The notes beneath the pieces are model-generated. The model ran no database searches and was not told the origin of the DNA. It saw nothing but the letters and a program-made list of their open reading frames with translations. The position numbers and the translations under genes are program-made. From an uncultured Bacteroidales bacterium (GTDB lineage: Bacteria; Bacteroidota; Bacteroidia; Bacteroidales; CAYFUP01), in assembly GCA_964346235.1 (NCBI GenBank), contig CAYFUP010000001.1, positions 5,136-69,135 on the forward strand: a DNA stretch of 64,000 nucleotides, read 5' to 3'. Below are positions 19,634 through 28,560 of the stretch, piece by piece (position 1 is the stretch's first letter; every line of letters starts with the position of its first letter).

Positions 19634-19755
19634 TTTATTTGTTTGTTTCATTAATACAACAAATACAATTTTTATCTAAAATCGTTCATTTCTTTTGCAA
19701 TTCGAGTCAGGTAATAAAAAACAAATGCATTCTGTTTGTTCTTTGATGTATTCAA

Positions 19756-19792
19756 ATAAAAAAGGGAGCTACATTTTAATTTTGTAACTCCC
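19756..19792 (-). terminator. Rho-independent terminator after the tRNA
   Basis: On the minus strand: gggagttac-aaaattaaaat-gtagctccc followed by ttttttatttg. The stem holds one G-U pair. Confidence 0.6.
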
Positions 19793-19803
19793 TGTTTTTC
19801 AAG

Positions 19804-19877
19804 TAGCGAGACCCGGAATTGAACCGGGGACCTCATGATTATGAATCATGCGCTCTAACCAACTGAGCTACCTCGCC
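19804..19877 (-). tRNA. tRNA with CAT anticodon (elongator Met; Ile2/lysidine type cannot be excluded)
   Basis: The reverse complement is GGCGAGG TA GCTC AGTTGGTTA GAGC G CATGA TTCATAA TCATG AGGTC CCCGG TTCAATT CCGGG TCTCGCT A. This is a full cloverleaf with no encoded CCA, and it is not initiator-like because the anticodon stem lacks a GGG/CCC. Confidence 0.9.
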
Positions 19878-20192
19878 AAATATTTTTCTCGACTAAATCA
19901 CCCCGTATTCAAAGTCGTTCGCTTTGCAACAAAATGCAATACCCCTCGAAGTTATTTCGTCGTTTTTTTGGAGGGGCAAATTTAATATTTTATTCCTTTA
20001 TTGCAATATATTTTCATAAATTGTGGCATGGTAAGATCCTTACAATGCCATAACATGCCCATTTTTTTGATTTCAGATTATTCCCCTTTAATGAAAACCA
20101 CTGCTTCTTCGGAAATGATCCAACAAAATATAAAAATGAAGGCATGTTCATCCTGGTTATTATTCCGGAAAGCCTGTTTCATTTTTACCAAA

Positions 20193-21227
20193 TCAACCCT
20201 CGCTGTTCTCTTGAAAATAAAGCGTAAAAATAATCGCTTTAAGCTGCCGGAGCATTTCCCTTTTATTGTTGCGCGGTGCATAGACATAACCTTCCACAGT
20301 CACCACCCGGTTACTGGCTTCATCAAGCGTGGTATAGCTGATAAACGGACCACCCATAAAATAGCCTTCTACCCGCCACAATCCTTTGATATGGGCAAAA
20401 TATCTTCCTTTGTAGGTGATTTCCTCAAATTTGGGCTCATAACGGTATTCAGTAGTCATGTAGGTACCATCCTTTGGACCCGGCACATGATTCTTTAAAA
20501 TCCGGTCGCGCTTATTCAACAAAAAATCCTTGGAAAACGTCTTTGGATTGGTATAATCATAATGGTATATGATAACACCCTGACTGCTTTTTGGGGTTTC
20601 ATGGGTTATCCAGATGAAATTGTTCTTGTTTTCCTTGATGGCATATCCTTTTGGAAAATACATGCCAAACCCGTGTTTTTCAACCAACTTTTTTCTGATC
20701 GCTGTTTCTTCATAACTTTTGTAATAGTTTATAAGCCGGTTGCGCTCTGCCTGGTTGAAGATGTTTATAATCTTTTCTTCCTCTTTCTTTAAGGTACTGA
20801 CCAACGCTTCTTCACTGCCGGCTTTAACCTCCACCACTATTTGAGGTTTTGCCCATTCATCTCTTTTCACCGCCAGTTCCGGCTTCTGGTATCCGCTGTT
20901 TATCCGGACGACCATGATGTTACGGCTGCTTTTGACCAGATCCTTAAATGCAGTGACCGGCATAAAGGATAGATCAAAGATAGATTCAGGCTGCGGAAGT
21001 CCATACAATCCCTGTTCAAAGATATTGCGGAAAGTTTTGCCCACCTCACCGTTCCATCGTTCTTCGGTCGTTACCACCAGGATATCGCCTGATTTTCCGG
21101 TGACATTTGGAAGAAATCTTTTTGAGCTTCCTCCACCGCTGCCCTGACTGCCTTGCTGGGTCTGATTCTGGCAGGCTATGAGTGATACAAGGGCAAGGAT
21201 TAGAATAAAACGAATTGTCTTTATCAT
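20193..21227 (-). CDS. Lipoprotein, DUF4837-like
   Basis: 344 aa with a lipobox-like LVSLIAC followed by a Gly/Ser/Gln linker. The family assignment is from memory of DUF4837 sequences and was not searched. Confidence 0.5.
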   Translation of the reverse strand: MIKTIRFILILALVSLIACQNQTQQGSQGSGGGSSKRFLPNVTGKSGDILVVTTEERWNGEVGKTFRNIFEQGLYGLPQPESIFDLSFMPVTAFKDLVKSSRNIMVVRINSGYQKPELAVKRDEWAKPQIVVEVKAGSEEALVSTLKKEEEKIINIFNQAERNRLINYYKSYEETAIRKKLVEKHGFGMYFPKGYAIKENKNNFIWITHETPKSSQGVIIYHYDYTNPKTFSKDFLLNKRDRILKNHVPGPKDGTYMTTEYRYEPKFEEITYKGRYFAHIKGLWRVEGYFMGGPFISYTTLDEASNRVVTVEGYVYAPRNNKREMLRQLKAIIFTLYFQENSEG

Positions 21228-21281
21228 ATTAAATATTTAAAGTTACCAGTAGAACAACAAAAAACGGACTGCTTTTATTAT

Positions 21282-22382
21282 TTAAAACAAATGATATCCC
21301 TGCCCGTTCATTTCAGCGGATAAAAACATTTCATATTTCTCAGCATCAAACGGATAATCCCAACAGCCCAGTCGATGAAAAATGCGACCGCCAAAACCTG
21401 TCTTAAACCGGTGTAATCCATAAAGCGGATGGCCGGGATTGGGATGGGGAGCTACCCCAAACATGTCATATTCTTTATATCCTTTGGCTTTTGCCCTTCT
21501 TATTGCATCCCATTGCAAGGCATATGTAGCCATGTGATTCCTTTTGGCGGATGAAGAGGCACCGTAAAGGTAGGAAGCCCGCTGACCGGAATAACTTAAA
21601 AACATGGCAGCAAGTGACTGTCGGTTTTTTTCCGCAATCAGGAGTTCTACCTCTGCCGGCGATAGAGAGTTGTCTGCTACTGTGGCCAACACCGTCTTAA
21701 AATATTCGAAATCATGAAGGTTGATTTTATTCCTTTTGCATGTTTCCTTATAAAGTTTATACCAGGTATCCAGCTCATTAAATGAAGCTTTTCTGATTCG
21801 GACCCCTCTACGGTATGACAATTTGATGTTATACCGGGTTTTGGCTCTCATTTGCCTCAACAGTTCTTCTTCCGTTTGGCTTAGATCAATAAAAAGCGTA
21901 TCCGATGGCAAAATATTGGTGCTGGACTTTCTCAGGTTCCATTTCTTTGTATTAAAATTAATCCGAAGTTCCTGGTTCATGACTGGAGGCGGACCTTTCC
22001 AGGTGTTATTCTCTTCATAAAAAGCATCATCTTTTGCCCAGAAAGACTCCCATGATAGGTCATAGCGAAGCGCAATGCACCGGTCTTTTATCCGAGGCCT
22101 TATCAATTCAGACAACTCCTCAAGGAATGCACCCTGAGACTCCTCGTCAGGAACCATGGTTGGACCGTAAGGTACATAGCCTATCCGGAAACCATTCCCT
22201 ATATTCTGAAAGACCATTAGCAAATCATCAATGATAAAATGATCATTCCTACGGACTCTGATATCAAATGCCTTAGGTTCAAATCCCTGCTTTCTTTTAA
22301 CTTCCGACCAGTAAGCTGTCTGCTGTAATACAGAAGTCCGCCCGATTTGTTTTGGATGTTTCTTTTCTACCTGAATATCCAT
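21282..22382 (-). CDS. FemAB-family (peptidoglycan bridge-formation-like) aminoacyltransferase homologue
   Basis: 366 aa. It has the ...KTRYNIK...R.GV... motif followed by a helical insert and a GNAT-like C-terminal half (LYGASS...R...A.YALQW.AI..AK..G...YD..G). Confidence 0.65.
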   Translation of the reverse strand: MDIQVEKKHPKQIGRTSVLQQTAYWSEVKRKQGFEPKAFDIRVRRNDHFIIDDLLMVFQNIGNGFRIGYVPYGPTMVPDEESQGAFLEELSELIRPRIKDRCIALRYDLSWESFWAKDDAFYEENNTWKGPPPVMNQELRINFNTKKWNLRKSSTNILPSDTLFIDLSQTEEELLRQMRAKTRYNIKLSYRRGVRIRKASFNELDTWYKLYKETCKRNKINLHDFEYFKTVLATVADNSLSPAEVELLIAEKNRQSLAAMFLSYSGQRASYLYGASSSAKRNHMATYALQWDAIRRAKAKGYKEYDMFGVAPHPNPGHPLYGLHRFKTGFGGRIFHRLGCWDYPFDAEKYEMFLSAEMNGQGYHLF

Positions 22383-22652
22383 GATCCTTTAAAAAGTTTT
22401 TTGTATTCAATCAAATGGAGGCTATAAAAAAACTGTCCCTTTTCATAAAAATGGTTTTAATAGCCTTTCTATAATCAAGCGTTTACAAAAGAAAAAAATA
22501 TATAATAAAATTAAAATGATCTGTTTATCTTAAAGAAAATTGACTGTCAGAAGGAACCGCATGATTTAAGAACCATTAATCAGGTTGTTCGCACTATGGT
22601 TTCAACAAGTTCTCATTTGGGTATAATAATTTTTTTAATCCCACTTGTTTCA

Positions 22653-22660
22653 TACCTTTG
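22653..22660 (+). promoter_or_regulatory. Bacteroidota -7 promoter box TACCTTTG (TAnnTTTG) upstream of the DEAD-box helicase
   Basis: The motif is read directly, 26 nt upstream of the ATG at 22686. It lies inside the longer ORF-track prediction, which argues for the downstream start. Confidence 0.4.
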
Positions 22661-22685
22661 CGGCTCATTTAACACAAAATATAAA

Positions 22686-24389
22686 ATGTTGACATTTAAA
22701 GAATTGGGTGTTAGCCCCCATTTGATGAGCGGAATTGAAGAACTTGGATTTGAATCACCGACGCCCATTCAGGAAAAAGTAATACCCATCGCTTTGACGA
22801 CCGGGAAAGATATTATTGGACTGGCCCAAACCGGGACTGGGAAAACAGCGGCATATGGACTTCCAATCATTAACCAGATAAATATTAATAACCGGAAGGT
22901 ACAGGCCATAATATTGGCTCCAACCCGGGAATTGTGCATTCAGATTACAAAAGACCTGGAAAAATTTTCAAAATTTTTCAAAGGACTCAGAATCGTGGCG
23001 GTTTATGGTGGTGCAAGCATTGAAACACAAATAAAAGGACTAAAAAATGGCGCACACATTATTACTGCTACGCCTGGCCGGATGAATGATTTGCTTAACC
23101 GGAAAGTTGCAAATATCAGTGAAATTAATACCGTAGTCCTGGATGAAGCCGATGAGATGCTGAATATGGGATTCAGGGAAGAACTGGATCAAATTCTTGG
23201 CCTTACCCCTGAATCAAAAAGGACATTTTTATTCTCTGCCACCATGCCAAAAGAACTTAGCAGAATTGCAAAAAACTATATGCAGGATCCTGTTCAGGTA
23301 ACCATTGGCAAACAAAATTCAGGCGCTGAGAATGTCCGGCATATTTATTACCAGGTTCATGCCAAAGACAGATATCTGGCATTAAAGCGAATTGCTGATA
23401 TAAATCCGGATATCTATTCCATTGTATTTTGCCGGACAAGAATGGAGACCAAAGAAGTGGCTGAAAAATTAATCAAAGACGGATATAATGCTGATGCCAT
23501 ACATGGAGACCTTTCACAGGCGCAGCGGGATCATGTTATGAAGCGGTTTCGTGAAAAATCCCTTCAAATGCTGGTAGCTACCGATGTGGCTGCCAGGGGA
23601 ATCGATGTAACGGATATATCCCATGTTATCAATTATAATCTCCCGGATGACAATGAGATTTATACCCATCGAAGCGGACGAACAGGCAGGGCAGGAAAAT
23701 CAGGAATTTCCATTTCCATTGTCAATTACAGGGAAGTTAGCAGAATTCCTCAAATAGAGAAAATGACAAATAAGAAATGTGAGAAACATCCCATACCTTC
23801 CGGAGAGGAAGTCTGCCAAAAAAAGTTTTACAATCTTATAGACCGAATGGAGAATGTACAGGTTGATGAAAAGCAAATTGCACCCTTTATGGAAACGGTC
23901 AACAAAAAACTGGAATGGTTAAGCAAGGAACAAATTATTAAACATTTTGTATCCCTTGAATTTAACCGGTTTTTGGAATATTATAAAGATGCCCGTGATC
24001 TGAATGATCATAAGCCTGCCATGAAAAACAAGGGAAAAAACAAAGAAAAGGGGAATTACAAGATGCAAGGCGGTCAGCGCGACTTATCACGTATTTTCAT
24101 CAATGTTGGCAAAAAGGATAAATGTCAACCGCAACAAATAATTGGCCTGATTAATGATGCAACGGGGGACAGGAATATCAAAATTGGAGATATTGACATC
24201 AAAGATAATTTTTCCTTCTTTGAAGTCAGTATGCAAGTTGCAGATAGCGTGCTAAATGCGCTTAACGGGGAACAGTATAAGGGAAAGAAAATTATTAGTG
24301 AATACGCAAACGCTCCTAAGAATTCAAAGACCGGCAAGAAAAAAGAAATGCAAGAAAGCCAAAAGAAAAGAAGAAAAAGCAGAATGTAA
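22686..24389 (+). CDS. deaD: DEAD-box ATP-dependent RNA helicase (DeaD/CsdA-like) with C-terminal DbpA-type RNA-binding domain and basic tail
   Basis: Motifs seen are Q-motif region FESPTPIQ, AQTGTGKT, PTRELC, DEAD, SAT and HRSGRTGRAG. The ORF track starts at 22596, but MLTFKELG at 22686 matches helicase N-termini. Confidence 0.92.
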   Translation: MLTFKELGVSPHLMSGIEELGFESPTPIQEKVIPIALTTGKDIIGLAQTGTGKTAAYGLPIINQININNRKVQAIILAPTRELCIQITKDLEKFSKFFKGLRIVAVYGGASIETQIKGLKNGAHIITATPGRMNDLLNRKVANISEINTVVLDEADEMLNMGFREELDQILGLTPESKRTFLFSATMPKELSRIAKNYMQDPVQVTIGKQNSGAENVRHIYYQVHAKDRYLALKRIADINPDIYSIVFCRTRMETKEVAEKLIKDGYNADAIHGDLSQAQRDHVMKRFREKSLQMLVATDVAARGIDVTDISHVINYNLPDDNEIYTHRSGRTGRAGKSGISISIVNYREVSRIPQIEKMTNKKCEKHPIPSGEEVCQKKFYNLIDRMENVQVDEKQIAPFMETVNKKLEWLSKEQIIKHFVSLEFNRFLEYYKDARDLNDHKPAMKNKGKNKEKGNYKMQGGQRDLSRIFINVGKKDKCQPQQIIGLINDATGDRNIKIGDIDIKDNFSFFEVSMQVADSVLNALNGEQYKGKKIISEYANAPKNSKTGKKKEMQESQKKRRKSRM

Positions 24390-24611
24390 TCATATATTTT
24401 CAGACGATACATAGAAAATAATAAAGATAAGGGAGCAAAGAATTAATTTATAACAAATTATAAAAGTAGCGAAGCATGGAAGTTATGAACTAATATATTA
24501 AGGACATAAGAAGTCATGAACGTAAACTAAAATTTATTAATAAATTAAATCAATAAAACATTAGAAGTTTGCTGTACCTGTCTAGAATAAATATGTTTTT
24601 TTGCGGCAGTG

Positions 24612-25019
24612 TTAAATCACTTTCACATTGACAGCCTTTAATCCTTTCATTCCCTTTTCAGTAGTGAATTCCACCTTTACACCGGCATCAATATCATCAA
24701 CACAATCGTTCACATGAACAAATATTGAATCTTTTGTTTTGGAATCGACAATAAAGCCATATCCCTTTGAGTCATCATATTTATTGACAACTCCATTCCG
24801 GGTTTTATCATCCTCATCATCATCTTTTTTCGGAACGCCAATTTCAATGCTTTCAGCATCAATCTCCTCCTTATTCGATTCATCAGGAGGTGTTGAGGTT
24901 ATATCGCCATTTTCATCCACATAGGCAATCATATCATCCATGTTTTGTTTGCCCTGTTCCTTTTTTTCTAACCGGCGATTCTCTTTATTTTTGCGCTTTT
25001 TTGCCTGTTTGCTGCGCAC
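24612..25019 (-). CDS. Cold-shock-domain protein with a long basic-then-acidic N-terminal extension
   Basis: The C-terminal ~65 aa is NGVVNKYDDSKGYGFIV......IFVHV (a CSD with an RNP1-like KGYGFI). The N-terminus is KKRKNKENRR... then DDDEDD. An alternative start is ATG 24941. Confidence 0.75.
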   Translation of the reverse strand: MRSKQAKKRKNKENRRLEKKEQGKQNMDDMIAYVDENGDITSTPPDESNKEEIDAESIEIGVPKKDDDEDDKTRNGVVNKYDDSKGYGFIVDSKTKDSIFVHVNDCVDDIDAGVKVEFTTEKGMKGLKAVNVKVI

Positions 25020-25105
25020 TTCTTTTTCCCATAAGTTTCCCTGGATCGGCCCATATATTACATTAATTTTAGTTTACCTGAACTGAAGTATTTAATGAAA
25101 TACCA

Positions 25106-25140
25106 ATACCCATTCCTCCCAGAAAGATCGGAATGGGTAT
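25106..25140 (-). terminator. Hairpin terminator downstream of the cspA-like gene
   Basis: A perfect 11-bp stem, atacccattcc / ggaatgggtat, with a 13-nt loop. A T-containing tract follows on the minus strand. Confidence 0.55.
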
Positions 25141-25180
25141 TTATAAATCTTAAATTCGTAATGATTTTAAATGCTATTTT

Positions 25181-25372
25181 TTACTTTACATTAAAGGCAA
25201 TCTCGCCTTTATCTCCTTGTTTGGTTTCGAAAACTACCTCCTGGCCTTCGTCCAGGCCATTATACGGACTTAACAATCCTGAGCGATGAACAAAAACATC
25301 ATTGCCTTCTTCTGTTTTGATAAAACCGTAACCTTTGGTTTCGTTATACCATTTAACCGTGCCTTTACTCAT
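25181..25372 (-). CDS. cspA: Cold-shock protein, CspA family
   Basis: MSKGTVKWYNETKGYGFIKTEEGNDVFVHRSGL... (RNP1 KGYGFI, RNP2 VFVH). The ORF track extends to 25402, but the ATG at 25372 gives the canonical 63-aa protein. Confidence 0.9.
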   Translation of the reverse strand: MSKGTVKWYNETKGYGFIKTEEGNDVFVHRSGLLSPYNGLDEGQEVVFETKQGDKGEIAFNVK

Positions 25373-25373
25373 G

Positions 25374-25625
25374 TTAAAATCGTTTTTTGGGACGTGCTTC
25401 ATTAACTACCATCTTCCGGTTTTCCAGGGTAGCATCATTTAGTTCGTTAATCGCTTTCTCAGCTTCGGTTTGATCCTCCATCGTCACAAAACCAAAGCCT
25501 TTGCTTTTTCCACTGAATTTATCTGTTATGACTTTTGCGTCAGCAACAGAACCATACTCTTCAAAAATACCTTTTAAATCATTTTCATTTACCTGATAAT
25601 CAAGGTTTCCTACATAAATATTCAT
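25374..25625 (-). CDS. RRM-type RNA-binding protein (RNP-1/RNP-2)
   Basis: 83 aa. IYVGNL is RNP2 and KGFGFVTM is RNP1. Confidence 0.88.
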   Translation of the reverse strand: MNIYVGNLDYQVNENDLKGIFEEYGSVADAKVITDKFSGKSKGFGFVTMEDQTEAEKAINELNDATLENRKMVVNEARPKKRF

Positions 25626-25941
25626 AAAAAATTAATTTTAAGGCGATATTTCATGCTTGTTTAAGTTTTATGCAATAAATGCCGCCGGGTTATTACTTCG
25701 TAGTAATCGGGAATTTAAAATTCGATAAGTACAAATTGTGTTTCTCTCTTTTTATAAGCCTCAGCACTACGTATTATTTAAAAATCGAAAAGAAAAAAAC
25801 ATCTAAAATTTTATTTGGAAATAAATTATGAAGAAGTGTCATTTTTCTATTTCAAATTCGGAGCAAAAATAGTATAATAATTCTGAATAAAAAAAGAAAT
25901 ATCTATTTATTTAACTATTTTTGCCTATAGAAAATAAATTG

Positions 25942-26142
25942 ATGGAAGATAAATCAAAGTGTACTGTTTGCGCAAATACTGATTTCGAAGCTGTAAATGA
26001 AACACCTGTAAATTCTAACTTTGAATTGATATTTATTCGATGCGCGTCTTGCAAAACAGTGGTTGGTGTGATAGATTATTACAATGTCGGGGCACTTGTC
26101 AAAAAACTTGCCTCAAAGCTTAAAATAGACCTTGATAAATAA
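25942..26142 (+). CDS. Small zinc-ribbon protein (CxxC...CxxC), function unknown
   Basis: MEDKSKCTVCANTDFE...IRCASCKTVVG. A TATTTTTG -7 box at 25916..25923 favours the ATG at 25942 over the TTG at 25921. Confidence 0.55.
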   Translation: MEDKSKCTVCANTDFEAVNETPVNSNFELIFIRCASCKTVVGVIDYYNVGALVKKLASKLKIDLDK

Positions 26143-26158
26143 TTTTTTTGCGTAATTG

Positions 26159-27007
26159 ATGACAGATAGTAGATTAGATCAGTTTTTTACCTTAACCAAA
26201 AAGTATTTTAAAATATACCTCGGTATTGGTATATCGGTATTTTTCTTTATATTATTTTTTCAACCTTTTGCCGTTGAAAAGCTTGATTTCGAAAACAAGT
26301 TATTGTTTATTGCCGGATTTGGAATTATTATTTTTGTTATCCTGTTTTTAAATCAAATTATTTTTCAAAATCTATTGTCACAAAAAGAAAAAGATGAACA
26401 ACCGAACGATTCGTTGATATCTTCCCTTTACTATTTAAGCCTGACCGGATTAACCAGTCTGGCTTTTATTTTTTACTTACGGTATGTCGGACAAGGTGAG
26501 ATTTCTATATACATTGTGGCAAAAGTGATATTTATTTGTATCAGTCTTCCGGCTACCATTCATTTGCGAAATAAGATTGATGTATATCAGCATCGCTTAA
26601 AAACCCTTCAGCAAGAGAATCATTCATTCCAAAACAAGCTAAAACAATCTTATGAGAACGACAAGAATAAGTTTATTGAGTTAATTTCTGAGAATGAATC
26701 GGAAAATTTCCAGATACAGGTGTCAAAGATTGTTTTTGTAAAATCCGCTGATAACTACGTGGAAGTCGGTTTCCAAAATGAAGGAGAACTTAAAAAAAAG
26801 ATGATCCGAAACACCCTGAAAAACATTGAAAATCAGCTCAGAAAATTCAATAATTTTATCCGTACCCACCGGACCAGTCTGGTAAACGCAGATTTTATTG
26901 AAAAACTCAACAAAAATTTTAATACCTATTGGTTAAGCCTGGATAATACCAAAGAAACCATTCCGGTATCAAGGCAGTATTTATTATCAGTTAAAAACAT
27001 GCTATAA
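26159..27007 (+). CDS. Membrane-anchored LytTR-family DNA-binding protein
   Basis: About 4 predicted TM segments in the N-terminal half, then a coiled-coil-like linker (LKTLQQENHSFQNKLKQ), then a C-terminal LytTR domain (IVFVKSADNYVEV.......IRNTLKNIENQL....FIRTHRTSLVN...I). Confidence 0.8.
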   Translation: MTDSRLDQFFTLTKKYFKIYLGIGISVFFFILFFQPFAVEKLDFENKLLFIAGFGIIIFVILFLNQIIFQNLLSQKEKDEQPNDSLISSLYYLSLTGLTSLAFIFYLRYVGQGEISIYIVAKVIFICISLPATIHLRNKIDVYQHRLKTLQQENHSFQNKLKQSYENDKNKFIELISENESENFQIQVSKIVFVKSADNYVEVGFQNEGELKKKMIRNTLKNIENQLRKFNNFIRTHRTSLVNADFIEKLNKNFNTYWLSLDNTKETIPVSRQYLLSVKNML

Positions 27008-27014
27008 AGGGCAA

Positions 27015-27044
27015 AGGGGTGAATTTCATTCACCTCTCTTTTTG
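27015..27044 (+). terminator. Rho-independent terminator after the LytTR gene
   Basis: aggggtgaat-ttc-attcacctct followed by ctttttg. Confidence 0.6.
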
Positions 27045-27125
27045 CCACTTATCATAACGAATTACCCTTTATCCCAAAAAAGGCACCGCTAATCCCTTTC
27101 TTTTTTCTTTAATTGAAGCCTAACC

Positions 27126-27133
27126 TACCTTTG
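27126..27133 (+). promoter_or_regulatory. Bacteroidota -7 promoter box TACCTTTG upstream of the desaturase
   Basis: The motif is read directly, 31 nt upstream of the ATG at 27164. It is the identical octamer to the one upstream of deaD. Confidence 0.4.
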
Positions 27134-27163
27134 TACCAATTTTAAAACTATTATTATTCCAAA

Positions 27164-28306
27164 ATGATAACACTACATTATTCAAAAAACAACACGGATT
27201 TTACTACTGAACTAAGAAAGTCGGTAAAAGAATATTTTAAAGAAAACAACATTCAGAAATATGGCAATACGGAAATCCTGATAAAAACCGTTTTCATGTT
27301 GCTGGTTTATTTAGTTCCCTATTTCCTGATGATTTCAGGTAGCATTGTTTCGATACCATGGGTAATAACCTGCTGGGTCATTATGGCTCTTGGAATGTCG
27401 GGATTGGGTGTGGCCACCATGCATGATGCCAATCATGGTTCCTTTTCAAAGCACAGGTGGGTAAACAAATGGTTTAGCAAATCATTATATTTACTTGGTG
27501 GATATCCGCCCAACTGGCAACATCAGCATAATACCCTGCATCATGGCTATACCAACATTGAAGGACACGATGAAGATATCGGTCATGAAGGGGTTTTAAG
27601 GTTTTCGCCTCACAAACCCTTAAAAAAAATCTATAAATTTCAGCAAATCTATGCCTGGTTTTTTTATGGACTCATGACAGTATCATGGATTACCCTGAAA
27701 GATTTCAAGCGCTTAAAAAAATATAAGGATTCAGGAGTCGTTTTAAGCGGCAATAACAATTACAGGAAAATGTTTGCTGAATTGCTTGTTTCAAAAGTTT
27801 TTTATTACATCATATTTCTGGTATTGCCTATGCTTCTTGTTCCGGTTGCCTGGTACTGGGTCTTAACAGGTTTTTTGCTGATGCATTTTATAAGCGGCCT
27901 TATTCTAAGTACCATCTTTCAATCAGCTCATGTGATGCCGACTTCGGAATATCCATTGCCTGACGAGCAAAATAACCTGGATTATAATTGGGCCGTGCAT
28001 CAATTATATACTACCGCTGATTTTTCCCCTAAAAGCAAGGTTTTTACATGGTTACTCGGTGGTTTGAACTACCAGGTCGAACATCATCTTTTTCCGAATA
28101 TCAGCCATATTCACTATCGAAACATGGCTGAGATAGTTCAAAAAACAGCCAAAAAATATCAGTTGCCTTATCATGTGAATGAAAGCTTTCTGAAAGCCAT
28201 CCAACAGCATTATAAAATGCTCAAATGGTTGGGCAGAACAAAGAACATCAATAAGGTAGCCGCAAATACAATTTACGCAAATAGGGTCGTCGCTGAGCAC
28301 AAATAA
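27164..28306 (+). CDS. Membrane fatty-acid (acyl-lipid/acyl-CoA) desaturase
   Basis: 380 aa with three His boxes, HDANH, HNTLHH and QVEHHLFP, plus TM segments. Confidence 0.88.
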   Translation: MITLHYSKNNTDFTTELRKSVKEYFKENNIQKYGNTEILIKTVFMLLVYLVPYFLMISGSIVSIPWVITCWVIMALGMSGLGVATMHDANHGSFSKHRWVNKWFSKSLYLLGGYPPNWQHQHNTLHHGYTNIEGHDEDIGHEGVLRFSPHKPLKKIYKFQQIYAWFFYGLMTVSWITLKDFKRLKKYKDSGVVLSGNNNYRKMFAELLVSKVFYYIIFLVLPMLLVPVAWYWVLTGFLLMHFISGLILSTIFQSAHVMPTSEYPLPDEQNNLDYNWAVHQLYTTADFSPKSKVFTWLLGGLNYQVEHHLFPNISHIHYRNMAEIVQKTAKKYQLPYHVNESFLKAIQQHYKMLKWLGRTKNINKVAANTIYANRVVAEHK

Positions 28307-28318
28307 TAAACTCAACCA

Positions 28319-28480
28319 AGGGTTTGATGCAAAATAAACTGTGCAGAATAAACGAAGTTATTTTGTTCTTTGCCAAGGCGCAAAAACTGCGAATAGCATT
28401 GACTATTTAATGCATTTTGCAACGCAGGCAAAGGACAAAAGAATAAGTTTAAATGTACAGTTTATTTCGTTTCAAACCCT
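28319..28480. repeat. 162-bp imperfect palindrome between convergent genes (possible bidirectional terminator or miniature element)
   Basis: Left arm: agggtttgatgcaaaataaactgtgcag...ttgttctttgcc...gcaaaa. It pairs with right arm ttttgc...ggcaaaggacaa...tgtacagtttatttcgtttcaaaccct. Confidence 0.7.
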
Positions 28481-28560
28481 AAGCATACGGGAAGCATGGC
28501 ATTTTAGTTATAAGTTAAAACAATAACTTCCAGGTTTGCTTTAAATGTTCCATTACCTCT

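Noticed and set aside
20001-20498. 165-aa plus-strand ORF overlapping the 3' end of the DUF4837-like gene
   Set aside because: It overlaps a better-supported minus-strand lipoprotein gene, starts in AT-rich intergenic DNA, and has no recognisable motif.
22596-22685. Upstream extension of the DEAD-box helicase ORF (30 extra hydrophobic residues)
   Set aside because: The extension is not helicase-like and contains a TACCTTTG -7 promoter box. The ATG at 22686 gives the canonical N-terminus just before the Q-motif.
28341-28526. 61-aa ORF in the desaturase/T9SS intergenic region
   Set aside because: It lies entirely within the 162-bp palindrome and its flank. The sequence is better explained as a structured or non-coding repeat.
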